32,710 nucleotides of DNA from a virus (IMGVR_UViG_3300046049_000003:1-32710); one strand, 5' to 3'. Positions 8,562 through 17,901 are shown, counted from the stretch's first letter. Notes: generated by a model not told the origin, from the sequence alone. Program-made: numbers and translations.

Positions 8562-9548
8562 CTAACTACTGGTGTTAAGTGCCACTTTTACTTTGGGTCC
8601 GTATATCTCCACCCATTCCTCTGCATTAACATACTCCCCGTCTCTGGCATTACCTGGAGAGTCATGTATCTCTATGCCAGCTAGTGAGGTCCCCACGTCC
8701 CCGTCATCTCCTCCGCTCCCGTCATCTGGGGTGAGTCTGATTGTATCACTGATGTTAGACCCATCCACCTCCACGTTTAGGACCCCCTCCTCATACCCAT
8801 CAGAGTTAGCCCTAATCTCATACTGTCCATTACGGAGGCTCACAGTGGCCTGTCCAGTGTCTGTAGAGGTGTCTGTTACTTTGTCTCCTACGTCATTGTA
8901 AACGGAGAGATAGACCGTCTGGGAGTCTATCAAAGCTCCCTGGTCATCCTCTATGTCCAGACTGACATCATACGTAGTGATTGTAAAGTTGGGGAGGGTC
9001 CCCGGAGTGTCATCAACACTGTGGGGCCTGGCGTCAGGAGCAGTCTCATCAGCAGGCTCATCCTCTGGGTCCCCCACGAAAGGTCCGTCTCCAGCGTCAG
9101 GGTCCGTATAGGTAGCAGTGTCAGTGTCTATGAGAAAGGCATTTTCTACGTCAGTGAGGGAGGCGTAGTCAGAGTGAGGGGCTAAGACCAGGATGTCCAG
9201 TGAGAGGACTGCCTCCTGGACTGGCTTAACCGTCTCATCAGTCCCTCCTACCAGCAATCCCCAGACTCCTTTAGCTCCCTCACTGCTGCTCCCTGGGACT
9301 ATCTCCAGGACCAAGCTCTGGCGGTCATGACGCTCCCTATACCAGGGAGTCTGGTCCAGGTACGTCCCGTGGTCTACCCTCTGAGTGTATTCCAGGAGGT
9401 CTCTGATGTCCTGGTAGTGTGTGAGGTAGTTATCCACCCTGGGAGTCCACTTGAAGGTCATTGAGACGGTCTGACCCTGTGTGACCACTGGATGAGAGCC
9501 TACCAGACCAGCAGTCTCCTTACCGTTTATAGTCCATCTCTTAGTCAT
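8562..9548 (-). CDS. Minor tail protein (Dit-like N-domain, acidic linker, PEGA/Ig-like C-domain)
   Basis: N-terminal 140 aa paralogous to 9558-9995; C-terminal TDTGQATVSLRNGQYEIRANSDGY. Confidence 0.65.
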   Translation of the reverse strand: MTKRWTINGKETAGLVGSHPVVTQGQTVSMTFKWTPRVDNYLTHYQDIRDLLEYTQRVDHGTYLDQTPWYRERHDRQSLVLEIVPGSSSEGAKGVWGLLVGGTDETVKPVQEAVLSLDILVLAPHSDYASLTDVENAFLIDTDTATYTDPDAGDGPFVGDPEDEPADETAPDARPHSVDDTPGTLPNFTITTYDVSLDIEDDQGALIDSQTVYLSVYNDVGDKVTDTSTDTGQATVSLRNGQYEIRANSDGYEEGVLNVEVDGSNISDTIRLTPDDGSGGDDGDVGTSLAGIEIHDSPGNARDGEYVNAEEWVEIYGPKVKVALNTSS

Positions 9549-9557
9549 GAGTATAAG

Positions 9558-9995
9558 TTACGACCTACTAACCTTAAATTGGTCCTCTACATCAGAGGCA
9601 GTAGCATAGTCTGACTGGTTAGCCAGGATAAACACTGTCAGATTTAATCTGCAGAGGCTCTGTGGGTGAGAGGTCTCATCAGAGCCTCCGGTCAGGACCC
9701 CCCAGACCCCTTTGGCTGCAGTGGAGTCCGGTCCGGGGGTTATCTCCAGGAGGAGAGAGTCCCCAGTATGCTGTTCAATATACCAGGGGAGACCCTCACT
9801 ATTCGTCCCCGTAGCCACCGCTCCAGCTTTCTCCATGAGGTCCCTAAGCGCCTGGTAGCGGGAGATATGGGCCCCGTCCCCACGGGGGGTAAAGTAAAAT
9901 TGAAAGTTAACGGACTGTCCGTGGATGATCTGGGGGTGGCTGTTCACCAGTCCGTCTGTCGTGGTTCCATTAACGGTCCACCTGGTGTCTGGCAT
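9558..9995 (-). CDS. Minor tail protein (Dit-like)
   Basis: Paralog of the adjacent gene; lies between the TMP and the hub. Confidence 0.65.
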   Translation of the reverse strand: MPDTRWTVNGTTTDGLVNSHPQIIHGQSVNFQFYFTPRGDGAHISRYQALRDLMEKAGAVATGTNSEGLPWYIEQHTGDSLLLEITPGPDSTAAKGVWGVLTGGSDETSHPQSLCRLNLTVFILANQSDYATASDVEDQFKVSRS

Positions 9996-10037
9996 GGGAG
10001 AAAATACCTCCGCCAGCAGGTTAGCAGTTTGGGAGAG

Positions 10038-10139
10038 CTAGCTGGATGTATTGAGGCTATTGCCCTCTCCAGTGGTAGCCAGGACCTCCCCGTCACCAGA
10101 AAGGTAAACGTCTGACCCATCTATGTCAGAGTCCGTCAT
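10038..10139 (-). CDS. Possible 33-aa acidic microprotein (MTDSDIDGSDVYLSGDGEVLATTGEGNSLNTSS)
   Basis: Hand translation; fills the gap 6 nt after the upstream stop. Confidence 0.45.
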   Translation of the reverse strand: MTDSDIDGSDVYLSGDGEVLATTGEGNSLNTSS

Positions 10140-10145
10140 GTCTAG

Positions 10146-10553
10146 CTAGCTGTTCCAGTCAGGGTCATATATAATGACGGGGTTATTGTCGTCTGCCAGA
10201 TGGAAACTGGACTCCCGGAGAGGGAGTCCGTCCCCTATGATCTCCTCTATGACCTCCTGTATTTCCTTTTCATTATCATTTTCTACGTCATCTCTCACAC
10301 TGTCAGAGGAGTCTCCACCCCCACAACCCTGGGGACTGACACAGATGAGGGACCCCTGGTATGTCTTAGGCGCTCTCTGTGCCTCTATCCAGACTACTGC
10401 ATTGAGAAACTCTCCCTGTATAGCAGGCAGTGTCCCGGAGATGAAACTGGGGCTAAAAATAAACTCTCCAGTGTATTGTGGTAATGTTCCAGAGGTTAGG
10501 CTATTGCTGCCTATGAAATCCCCGGACTCACTTACAGAGCCTGTGATGACCAT
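10146..10553 (-). CDS. Hypothetical tail-region protein
   Basis: 135 aa; internal repeat SGTLPQYTGEF/SGTLPAIQGEF. Confidence 0.65.
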   Translation of the reverse strand: MVITGSVSESGDFIGSNSLTSGTLPQYTGEFIFSPSFISGTLPAIQGEFLNAVVWIEAQRAPKTYQGSLICVSPQGCGGGDSSDSVRDDVENDNEKEIQEVIEEIIGDGLPLRESSFHLADDNNPVIIYDPDWNS

Positions 10554-10563
10554 GCTCTACCCC

Positions 10564-11382
10564 TTATGAGTGTTGGAAAAAGGCAGGCTGGTTATAGAAA
10601 TTCCCATCATATTTGTCAAAGTATGTAAAGAGTTTACCAGTCCCAGTATCTACCTCATCCAAATGCTCCCGGTCCTGGTAGTTGGGGTCATACCCCCATC
10701 CCTCAAACGTCCCCAGAGGGACCCCATCACTTAGGTTGCTGACATTCCATGACTGCACTACGTTTCTCTCCGTCCCTTTCCACTCCCCGGAGGATGTCAC
10801 ACCCCCAAACATGTATGGACCAATTGGACCATTTTGGGAAGGGGCATCATTGTAACTCTGGATTCCACAGGTAGCCCCAAACGTCCCCCCGTCGTTCCAG
10901 TTTGTGCCACCCAGATAGAGAGCGTACCTATGCGCTCCATACTCTGAATTGTAGTCCCAGGCTTTGTCCACAATTGAGGTCCCCAAAGCACAGTAACTAT
11001 AGCGGTCGTTTGTGTTACTATCTGGATAGGATGTAGAAACACCCCATATCCAGGAGAAATCAGTATTAGAGTAGTAGTGATAATTAACATTTTGAGTCTG
11101 ATACATTGTACTTTGCAGGTAATCCCCCCCATATGAGTCTTTGAAACTCGCTCCGTTTTCATCCATGCTCTCGTATCTATACCCAATTCCCCCCCTCGCA
11201 TTTCCATACCCATAGTCCCAGGTAAACGCAAAGTCCTCATCATCCACTCCTATGGCAAAACCCTCTCCGTCTGCACTGTCAAAAGTGTCCACTATGGACA
11301 GGTTCCCAGGGGTGGAGAGTGTGCTCTCTGCCTGGGTCATGAAACCACTCCAGTCTGACCCTGTTGTTGATGAGTATGCCAT
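10564..11382 (-). CDS. Putative receptor-binding/tail accessory protein (AT-richer)
   Basis: 272 aa, rich in Y/G/S/N, beta-type; atypical composition. Confidence 0.6.
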   Translation of the reverse strand: MAYSSTTGSDWSGFMTQAESTLSTPGNLSIVDTFDSADGEGFAIGVDDEDFAFTWDYGYGNARGGIGYRYESMDENGASFKDSYGGDYLQSTMYQTQNVNYHYYSNTDFSWIWGVSTSYPDSNTNDRYSYCALGTSIVDKAWDYNSEYGAHRYALYLGGTNWNDGGTFGATCGIQSYNDAPSQNGPIGPYMFGGVTSSGEWKGTERNVVQSWNVSNLSDGVPLGTFEGWGYDPNYQDREHLDEVDTGTGKLFTYFDKYDGNFYNQPAFFQHS

Positions 11383-11386
11383 TGAA

Positions 11387-12229
11387 TCAGTCCTTAAACA
11401 GGCAATTGTTATCCTGCGGAATTAAAGTTATGTATGTGCCAGAGGCTGTCATGGTCCCCTCATGTCCCATCCTGGGTCCTTTCTGACTGACATCCACCCA
11501 TTTATCATGCTCTCCTGCAGTCCCTACATAGTCATTTGTCAGAGTCCAGGAGTCGTCCCGCTCATACGTGTTTTCTGGGAGTCTCTGACCCTCCAGCCTG
11601 CTACTGATGTCCTGGTCATAGTCATTCCCTGATGTAGTTCCCCAGGTCTGGTCATACCAGGAGCCACCCAACTTTAGAAAGGCACTATACATAGCGGGGT
11701 TGTAACCGGTCTCAAATGATGTATAGTCATTACCCTCACTGTCAGTACACTGCACCTCCTCACTAAATGACTGATAGTTAGGACTGGTCCCCAGGTTTGC
11801 TAGCCCCATCTGGATAGTATTCCAGGAGGCATAAGGGTGAATGACTATCCACCCACTCCCCCTCCATATACTGGCTGGAGTGTTTGAATCATACTGCAGG
11901 CTGGTAGAATCTGACCAGACGCTCCCTGGAAAGCTAGGTTGGTTACACTCATCTGCATTGTAGCTATCTGGATAAACCCAGTCCTGAACCTTATCCCCAG
12001 TGTCAGGGTCATCCTCCACCCAGTTTAGTCCTGCAGTGACGGTCATGGAGGTGTAATCAGTGTTAAACTCAAATTTGTAGGAGTCCTCCCCGCTCCCGTC
12101 TATGACAAAGTAAGAGGGGTCTGCTCCTATCTGGTTAGTGTTTGTGGAGAAATTACTGGCTGCTACCATCCCATTTAGTATTTCTCCAGCTAGCCCCCCT
12201 GATACTGTGTCATGGACCTCTGTAGCCAT
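11387..12229 (-). CDS. Putative tail accessory/receptor-binding protein
   Basis: 280 aa, rich in S/T/D/N/Y/W; directly after the TMP. Confidence 0.6.
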   Translation of the reverse strand: MATEVHDTVSGGLAGEILNGMVAASNFSTNTNQIGADPSYFVIDGSGEDSYKFEFNTDYTSMTVTAGLNWVEDDPDTGDKVQDWVYPDSYNADECNQPSFPGSVWSDSTSLQYDSNTPASIWRGSGWIVIHPYASWNTIQMGLANLGTSPNYQSFSEEVQCTDSEGNDYTSFETGYNPAMYSAFLKLGGSWYDQTWGTTSGNDYDQDISSRLEGQRLPENTYERDDSWTLTNDYVGTAGEHDKWVDVSQKGPRMGHEGTMTASGTYITLIPQDNNCLFKD

Positions 12230-12266
12230 AGAGGAGAGACGGACTCACTCTACTTATTTCTGGAGG

Positions 12267-14579
12267 TCAGGATGAGACCCCAAACAGCCTTTCTATCTCC
12301 CTAATCTGCTCATCCTGAAGGTCCTCCATCATGGACTTAACCTCCTCTCTAGCCTCATCAGTCAGTCCACCCAGGACCTTAACCGCTCCTGCCATTATCC
12401 TGGCGTCTATCTGGACTGTCTGACTGTCTCCATCTCCCTCGCCAGAGGGACTAGCTGGAGCAGGGGTGGGGACGGGAGTGTCAGGCTGCTCTGGGTCAGG
12501 ACTCATTAACTCTGCTGTCTGCCGCGCCTCCGTCGCCACTACGTCCCGCTCCTGCTCCATCCCGTCTGCTATTGTGTGCATAAATGCTGGACCAGTGGAT
12601 GACAGGTCAGAGAGTGGCCCCTCCTTTGCGTCTGAAAACGGGAGCTTATCCCGGACTCCACCTACTACGTCATCTACTGTTCCCATCAGGTCTGGGATTT
12701 TGTCCTTAATCCCCTCTTTGATGGTCCTGATGAAAGCTGGACCAGTGGCAGACAGGTCAGAGAGTGGACCCTCTTTGGCGTCTGAAAACGGGAGTTTATC
12801 CCTGATGGAGCCAGCCATGTCATCTACTACTCCTCCTACGTCTGGGATTTTGTCCCTGATACCCTCTGCAAAGCTGCTAAGTAGCTCTTTGCCTCTCTCC
12901 CTCATCTCCCCTACAAAGTCCAGTTTATCCAGGATAGCCTCTTTAGCAGCCTCGACTGGCTGATCTGGTGCCCATCCTAGCAGGATGTCCTGGAGAGCCT
13001 GGACCCCCTGGTCAAATTTCTCCTCTCCGGTGTTCCAGAGGTCTGTCACTGCATTTATCGCCTCATCCCTGTACTGCCAGATGAGTCCAGGCAGGGTCCA
13101 GTTTAGGATTACCTGCTGGACAGTCTCTACCCCCTGGTCAAATAACTCCTCTCCAGTGTCCCAGAGGTCCGTCACTGCAGCAATTGCCTCATCCCGCTTT
13201 TGCCAGAGGATACCTGGGAGCGTAAAGTCCAGGATGAGGGTCTTGAGAGTCTCTACACCCTGGCTGAAAAGTTCCTTTCCGGTTTCAAACAGGCTTGTGA
13301 TGACCTCTATAGCCTGCTCCTTTTTGCGGTTAAGTATCTCTGCCGGATTGAACCCTGTAAATACGCCAGTGATGAACTCAAATGCCCCAGTTACAAACCC
13401 TATCAGACTGTCCAGTAGGCCCTTTAGGAAATTGATAGCTGCCTTTGTTTTCCCTCTGATGTCTCCCCAGTTATTTTTCCAGGCTAGCGCTAGGCCACCT
13501 ATGACTGCCGAGATAGCCAGGATAGCGGGGAGGAGTGGACCCATAGCGGTCACAACGCCAGTGATGGATGGGATGAGAGCAGACGTGTTGACGGTGGCTA
13601 CCAGGCTTTGAGCAGACCCCAGACCCATCAGAGCGGGAGCCAGGGAGTCAATAGGACCCATGACCCCTGCTGCCTTAAGCTTGAACTCATCAAACTTTTG
13701 CCGTAATTCGTCAGTGGTGGTGACGGACTCATTAGCAGCCTCTGCATACTCCTCCGTCATCCCACTGCTGTCCTCCAGAGCGTCCCCCTGGTCCTCTATG
13801 GACTCCTGGCTGATACCCAGGACCTCTGCAAACTCCTCCTGGCTCTCCGCTCCAGAGTCTGCAGCCTCACGGAGTCTCTGCATAGCCTCTCTCCCCTGGA
13901 TACCCTCCTCCTCCATAGCTGCTATCATGGCTGCAGAGTCCTCTGTGGAAATACCTGCCTCCCTCATCTGGGGTCCAAACCGCTCCAGAAGTCCGGTAAA
14001 GTCCTCTAGCTCTGCAGAGGTCTCCTGCTGGATAAAGGTAAATGTGTCAGTGTGCTCACCAGCGTCCTCTATATCTTCCCCCATAGCCCGGAGAGCAGGA
14101 CCCACCTCATTAGTTATCTCCTCTGCAGACCTCCCCGTGGCGTCTGCCAGTGTGTCCATCTCTGTAGCCAGGGTTTTCATCTGCTCCTCTGACTCTACCC
14201 CCTCCTGTGCCAGTGCGTTCATGGTTGCAGTGGCGTCCTCCATAGGGAACGTGGCGTTAGAGATAGACGTAGCTAGATCATTAGCCTCATCAGAGGTTAT
14301 CCCCATATTGACGGAGACTCTCCCTAGCTCCTCTCTGGTAGATTTGGTGTCCTGGAGGGTTTTCTCCATAGCCCCACCTACGGAGGCTATTGTGGCTCCT
14401 GCAGCTACCCCTGCTTTGTCCACCTGGATGAGAGACTGCTCCATCTCCCCCATCTGACCTGCAGATGTCTCTGCAGAATTGCCTGCCTCCTCCATAGACT
14501 GTCCTGCTCCCTCCATCCCCTGCTGAAAGTCCTGGTCCCCCTCTAACATCATCTCCGCCAGTATTTCCCCGCTACTCAT
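12267..14579 (-). CDS. Tail tape measure protein
   Basis: 770 aa helical; LALAWKNNWGDIR motif, Trp-periodic repeats, LPFSDAKEGPLSDL motifs; follows the chaperone pair. Confidence 0.93.
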   Translation of the reverse strand: MSSGEILAEMMLEGDQDFQQGMEGAGQSMEEAGNSAETSAGQMGEMEQSLIQVDKAGVAAGATIASVGGAMEKTLQDTKSTREELGRVSVNMGITSDEANDLATSISNATFPMEDATATMNALAQEGVESEEQMKTLATEMDTLADATGRSAEEITNEVGPALRAMGEDIEDAGEHTDTFTFIQQETSAELEDFTGLLERFGPQMREAGISTEDSAAMIAAMEEEGIQGREAMQRLREAADSGAESQEEFAEVLGISQESIEDQGDALEDSSGMTEEYAEAANESVTTTDELRQKFDEFKLKAAGVMGPIDSLAPALMGLGSAQSLVATVNTSALIPSITGVVTAMGPLLPAILAISAVIGGLALAWKNNWGDIRGKTKAAINFLKGLLDSLIGFVTGAFEFITGVFTGFNPAEILNRKKEQAIEVITSLFETGKELFSQGVETLKTLILDFTLPGILWQKRDEAIAAVTDLWDTGEELFDQGVETVQQVILNWTLPGLIWQYRDEAINAVTDLWNTGEEKFDQGVQALQDILLGWAPDQPVEAAKEAILDKLDFVGEMRERGKELLSSFAEGIRDKIPDVGGVVDDMAGSIRDKLPFSDAKEGPLSDLSATGPAFIRTIKEGIKDKIPDLMGTVDDVVGGVRDKLPFSDAKEGPLSDLSSTGPAFMHTIADGMEQERDVVATEARQTAELMSPDPEQPDTPVPTPAPASPSGEGDGDSQTVQIDARIMAGAVKVLGGLTDEAREEVKSMMEDLQDEQIREIERLFGVSS
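12570..12870 (-). repeat. Tandem 150-bp (50-aa) duplication in the TMP
   Basis: GACAGGTCAGAGAGTGG at 12601 and 12751; RDKLPFSDAKEGPLSDLS twice. Confidence 0.9.
12975..13330 (-). repeat. About three 126-bp (42-aa) repeats in the TMP
   Basis: CCAGAGGTCYGTCACTGCA at 13035 and 13161; RDEAI.AVTDLW.TGEE.FDQGV units. Confidence 0.85.
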
Positions 14580-14812
14580 AGCTGGTCTGTGACCTCATTA
14601 GGTAGGCTTTGAGTGTCTACCTCCATATGTGTTAGTCCTGCTGGATTCCCAGAGGACCCCTCCTGACCCTCTGCCATAGTCTGCCTGGTAGTCACCCAGT
14701 GTCGTAGCATATACTGCCTGCTCCAGTGGGGGATGTCATGCCACTCATGGGGACGGACTCCCCAGGACTGGAGCATGAGTCCCCATTCCTGACCTATGTC
14801 ACTCTGTGAGAA
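14576..14812 (-). CDS. Tail assembly chaperone extension (gpT-like), probably reached by +1 frameshift
   Basis: The +1 frame is open from 14818 (PPFSQSDIGQEWGLMLQSWGVRPHEW...), overlapping TCC TTT CTC of the upstream gene. Confidence 0.65.
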   Translation of the reverse strand, partial: FSQSDIGQEWGLMLQSWGVRPHEWHDIPHWSRQYMLRHWVTTRQTMAEGQEGSSGNPAGLTHMEVDTQSLPNEVTDQL

Positions 14813-15422
14813 AGGAGGCTACCTCCCCCATCTGCTCCTGGTATCTCCCAAACAACGCACCGTATAGTTCCATCCTCAACTGACTGGGGTAGTTGTCAGG
14901 GTCCTCAAAGTAGGGAAAGCCCATCCCCTCCTCTGCCACTATCCCCCTGTGGAGGGGGGAGCCTGCCTCTGCCTCTGGGTCCCCTCCCAGGAGTTTATTG
15001 AGGTTTTGATCTGCAGCGTCTAGCTCCTCCATCATGTCCTCATTGATGTCCTCCACCTTCCCCACTGCCTGGACCTGCAGGTAGAGTTTTGTGAACTCCT
15101 TGATTTTCCGTATTTGAGACTCTGCAGGCTCATACATCTCCACGGGGATGGGTCCCACCTCCTTATCCTCCATGACCTCTGCTGTCCAGGTCTCCTCCAT
15201 AGCCTCGTTAATCAGGTCTATGGCAGACTCTGCCTCATCTGCAGAGATGTCAGGCTCTCCCTGGTCTACTGTGGCGTCTGCTGCTCCCTCCCCACCCTGG
15301 GTCATCCTCTCCCGGAGGAGACGGTCCTGCTCCTCCCGGTCTAGCTCCTGCCATGCGTCCCCGTCACTCTCTGGACTCCCGTCATCTACGGACATACCTC
15401 TACGTAGTGGTGTAGAGGACAT
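14799..15422 (-). CDS. Tail assembly chaperone (gpG-like)
   Basis: Position between the tail tube and the TMP; acidic and helical. Confidence 0.75.
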   Translation of the reverse strand: MSSTPLRRGMSVDDGSPESDGDAWQELDREEQDRLLRERMTQGGEGAADATVDQGEPDISADEAESAIDLINEAMEETWTAEVMEDKEVGPIPVEMYEPAESQIRKIKEFTKLYLQVQAVGKVEDINEDMMEELDAADQNLNKLLGGDPEAEAGSPLHRGIVAEEGMGFPYFEDPDNYPSQLRMELYGALFGRYQEQMGEVASFLTE

Positions 15423-15437
15423 AAAAGGTCATGCTAC

Positions 15438-15947
15438 CTACGAGGTAGTGACGGTAAACCGCTCCCTGGAGTGGACCTCTAGCTCTCCTGCAGAGTAGTC
15501 ATCCTCTGCAATTGTGGTACTGCCGTAGACTACCAGACAGTCATAGGTCTCATACCCCAGTTTCACAGTGTCATTAGACACTGCGTCCTCATCCTCGTAG
15601 ACGTAAACCCGGAGAGCCTCATCCCCGTCAGAGGGGTTGTCTACGTCCCCTATGAGGTTCACAAACCCCTTAAGCTCATCACTGGACGTGATGAGACCCA
15701 GGTTGTTTAACGCTCCCAGAGTGGACTGGACCAGGTGCTCAAAAGAGAGCATCCATGCCTCACTGGTAGCGTCCTTTTCGTCCTGGAGTTTATCATGGAC
15801 AGTGGTCTCTGCAACGTTTACGTCAGAGTCGATTGAAACCTCTCCTCTGGTCCGTCCTACCTGTGTCCAGACCCACTCTGAATTAGTGGCGTCGTAGCTC
15901 CCATGCTCTACTTTGATTACGTCCCCTACTACGGTATTGCCTGACAT
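15438..15947 (-). CDS. Major tail tube protein
   Basis: Beta-rich, about 170 aa (VGRTRGEVSID); follows the terminator gene; GGAGG precedes ATG 15947. Confidence 0.75.
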   Translation of the reverse strand: MSGNTVVGDVIKVEHGSYDATNSEWVWTQVGRTRGEVSIDSDVNVAETTVHDKLQDEKDATSEAWMLSFEHLVQSTLGALNNLGLITSSDELKGFVNLIGDVDNPSDGDEALRVYVYEDEDAVSNDTVKLGYETYDCLVVYGSTTIAEDDYSAGELEVHSRERFTVTTS

Positions 15948-15964
15948 CTTGTGTCCTCCTATGT

Positions 15965-16429
15965 TCAATGAATGTTAGCTGGTTTCATAAGTGTGAGGGT
16001 CAGACTGACCGTCTGGACTGCCTGACCATCAATCACTCCTGCTCCTGGCTCCATCTCCTCTACAACTAACCTGGAGCAGGTCCGGTTAAGAGTCCGGTTA
16101 TTGTAGAGGTCATTTTCTAGCCTGGCTCCTGTCCTGATAGCCTCCCGGAGGTTAGCCTCCTGCTCTTTAACGTCTGCTGCTCTGATGACCCAGATCACTG
16201 TCTGGATGTCATGTAGCTCTGACTTAGTGTCAGACTCCGGTCCAGTCCTGACTTTCGTAAACTCCGGGATAAAGCAGGCAGGATAGGTGATTCCAGCAGA
16301 GGTCCGGTCCCCCACTATGACCCAGGGGTCTCCATCAGGGTCAGTCCCCCAGGTGACACTCCCATTTTCCAGTGTCTGGACCAGTGCGTCTAAGGTTTCA
16401 TCATACCAGTCTACCCAGTTTACGCTCAT
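15965..16429 (-). CDS. Tail terminator/completion protein
   Basis: TYPACFI and LYNNRTLNRT motifs; synteny. Confidence 0.7.
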   Translation of the reverse strand: MSVNWVDWYDETLDALVQTLENGSVTWGTDPDGDPWVIVGDRTSAGITYPACFIPEFTKVRTGPESDTKSELHDIQTVIWVIRAADVKEQEANLREAIRTGARLENDLYNNRTLNRTCSRLVVEEMEPGAGVIDGQAVQTVSLTLTLMKPANIH

Positions 16430-16914
16430 GATATGAGACCTCTATCTCTGGCTACTTGAGTCATTATTCCACTGGCCTGCCGCTCCGTCCTGGACAGAGC
16501 GGGACTGACAAAATCATGCTCCTCCGTCCCGTACCTGGCTATACCCCAGTAGATAGACTCGAACCCCCCAGGGTAGCCTACCCTGTCCGCCCATCTAGCT
16601 AGAGAGCGGTTTTCACTGGCAATAGGAGAGCCTGGAGGATGAGGGTCAGACCCCTCCAGGACTGGGAGGGTGTAGTCCACCCCATTCTCCCCGCCAGCCA
16701 TGACGTGGATGAGGTTAGAGTCTGCCTCCACGGACCTGATGGTCCCCTGGAGTCGTGAGGTGTTAGTATTGACCTCCCGCTTTAGTCCTCCCACCAGGTT
16801 TTCTGCCACTGCCAGGAGGATAGCCCTCCTGTGACCGGGAAAGTCCTGGAGGTCCTCCTGGAGCTTTGCCTGCATATCCGAGACATCCAGGTCCAGGTCC
16901 ATCCTGACGGTCAT
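16426..16914 (-). CDS. HK97 gp10-like neck protein
   Basis: NTSRLQGTI..YTLPVLEGS..GTEEHDFVSPAL resembles the gp10 pattern (TG.L..SI, YA..VE.GT, PF..PA). Confidence 0.8.
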   Translation of the reverse strand: MTVRMDLDLDVSDMQAKLQEDLQDFPGHRRAILLAVAENLVGGLKREVNTNTSRLQGTIRSVEADSNLIHVMAGGENGVDYTLPVLEGSDPHPPGSPIASENRSLARWADRVGYPGGFESIYWGIARYGTEEHDFVSPALSRTERQASGIMTQVARDRGLIS

Positions 16915-17060
16915 GTGACTCTCCTCCAGAGACGGACTGGAGCTAGCAGCAGTGACCTCACAGCCAGGAGGAGTGTGTAGATGACCAGTCCCACCCAGAT
17001 GACCAGGATGTCCGTGAGAGTTAGCTCAGTGTATCTCTGACCGTCTGTGTTTTGCGTCAT
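16911..17060 (-). CDS. 49-aa membrane microprotein (MTQNTDGQ...)
   Basis: One TM segment with a basic tail; ATGA overlaps on both sides. Confidence 0.65.
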   Translation of the reverse strand: MTQNTDGQRYTELTLTDILVIWVGLVIYTLLLAVRSLLLAPVRLWRRVT

Positions 17061-17176
17061 TTGCTGTGATGGGTGGGGATACAGCCAGCATGGACTGGCT
17101 CCCCTCCGTATTTTGCCACTGCTCCCCTCCTGATGGGTCTCCGGCAGTGGTGGCAGATGGTCTGGGAATCCGTCAT
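17057..17176 (-). CDS. 39-aa Zn-finger microprotein (MTDSQTICHHCRRPIRRGAVAKYGGEPVHAGCIPTHHSK)
   Basis: Hand translation; CxxC...HxxC; ATGA overlaps on both sides. Confidence 0.7.
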   Translation of the reverse strand: MTDSQTICHHCRRPIRRGAVAKYGGEPVHAGCIPTHHSK

Positions 17177-17901
17177 CCCCCACCCCTGCGGTCTTTGTAC
17201 TGCTCCAGGTCCATCTGGACCTCCTTGGTCATGCTCACTGGGGTATTGACATCTACCTCAAACTCATCAGTCTGGATGGTAGTATTCTCCCGCTTTGAGA
17301 GGAGACCCTGTAGTTCATGGTCTGCCAGTTTTAGCTCTGCTTTGAGGATGTCCCTGGGGAGAGCAGGGTCACTAGCGGACCATCCCTGGGTGGGGTCATC
17401 TGGGTGGGGGTAGTAGCCAAACGTCAGAGTGACCTCTACGTTATTGTAGCCAGCAGACCAGACTGCCTTTTGTTTGGACTGCAGTCCCGGAGGACTGCTG
17501 TTTTGACCCAGGCGACTGGAGGCTCCACCCACCCCGTAGTTACGCCTATTACCGCCAGACGCTCCTGTCCTGATGAGGCTCCCATGCTCTTTCCATTCAA
17601 ACTCATCCCCCTCTGCCAGTGTGGACCCACCCTCTTTTACAGTGGACACACTGTGGACTGGGTGGGGGAGGTTTAGCATTTTCCTGTCCCCGTTTTTCCC
17701 ATCCAGGCTGATTGTCACTCCGTCATGGAGGTCAAACCCCCATGTCTGCCTCCCAGTATAGGCGTCTATCTGGTCTTTGGCAGACCCCAGGAGAGCCTCA
17801 CAAAGACGACTAAACTCATCACTGGTTAGGGACAGGTCAGTAGCCTCTACCTGGGTGTATTCCTGCAGACGGTCCACTGACGCATATGTCTCTGTCATCA
17901 C
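17173..17901 (-). CDS. Head-tail adaptor (HK97 gp6 / SPP1 gp15-like)
   Basis: YASVDRLQEY, AKDQIDAYTGR, VEVTLTFGY, LPRDILKA, LEQYK motifs. Confidence 0.85.
   Translation of the reverse strand: MMTETYASVDRLQEYTQVEATDLSLTSDEFSRLCEALLGSAKDQIDAYTGRQTWGFDLHDGVTISLDGKNGDRKMLNLPHPVHSVSTVKEGGSTLAEGDEFEWKEHGSLIRTGASGGNRRNYGVGGASSRLGQNSSPPGLQSKQKAVWSAGYNNVEVTLTFGYYPHPDDPTQGWSASDPALPRDILKAELKLADHELQGLLSKRENTTIQTDEFEVDVNTPVSMTKEVQMDLEQYKDRRGGG

Noticed and set aside
10146-12229. Diversity-generating retroelement or invertible tail-fibre cassette
   Set aside because: No reverse transcriptase, invertase or template/variable repeat pair was seen
12466-14457. Long + strand ORFs opposite the TMP (also opposite portal, scaffold and MCP)
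   Set aside because: Ser/Pro-rich antisense shadows of acidic minus-strand genes, with no motifs
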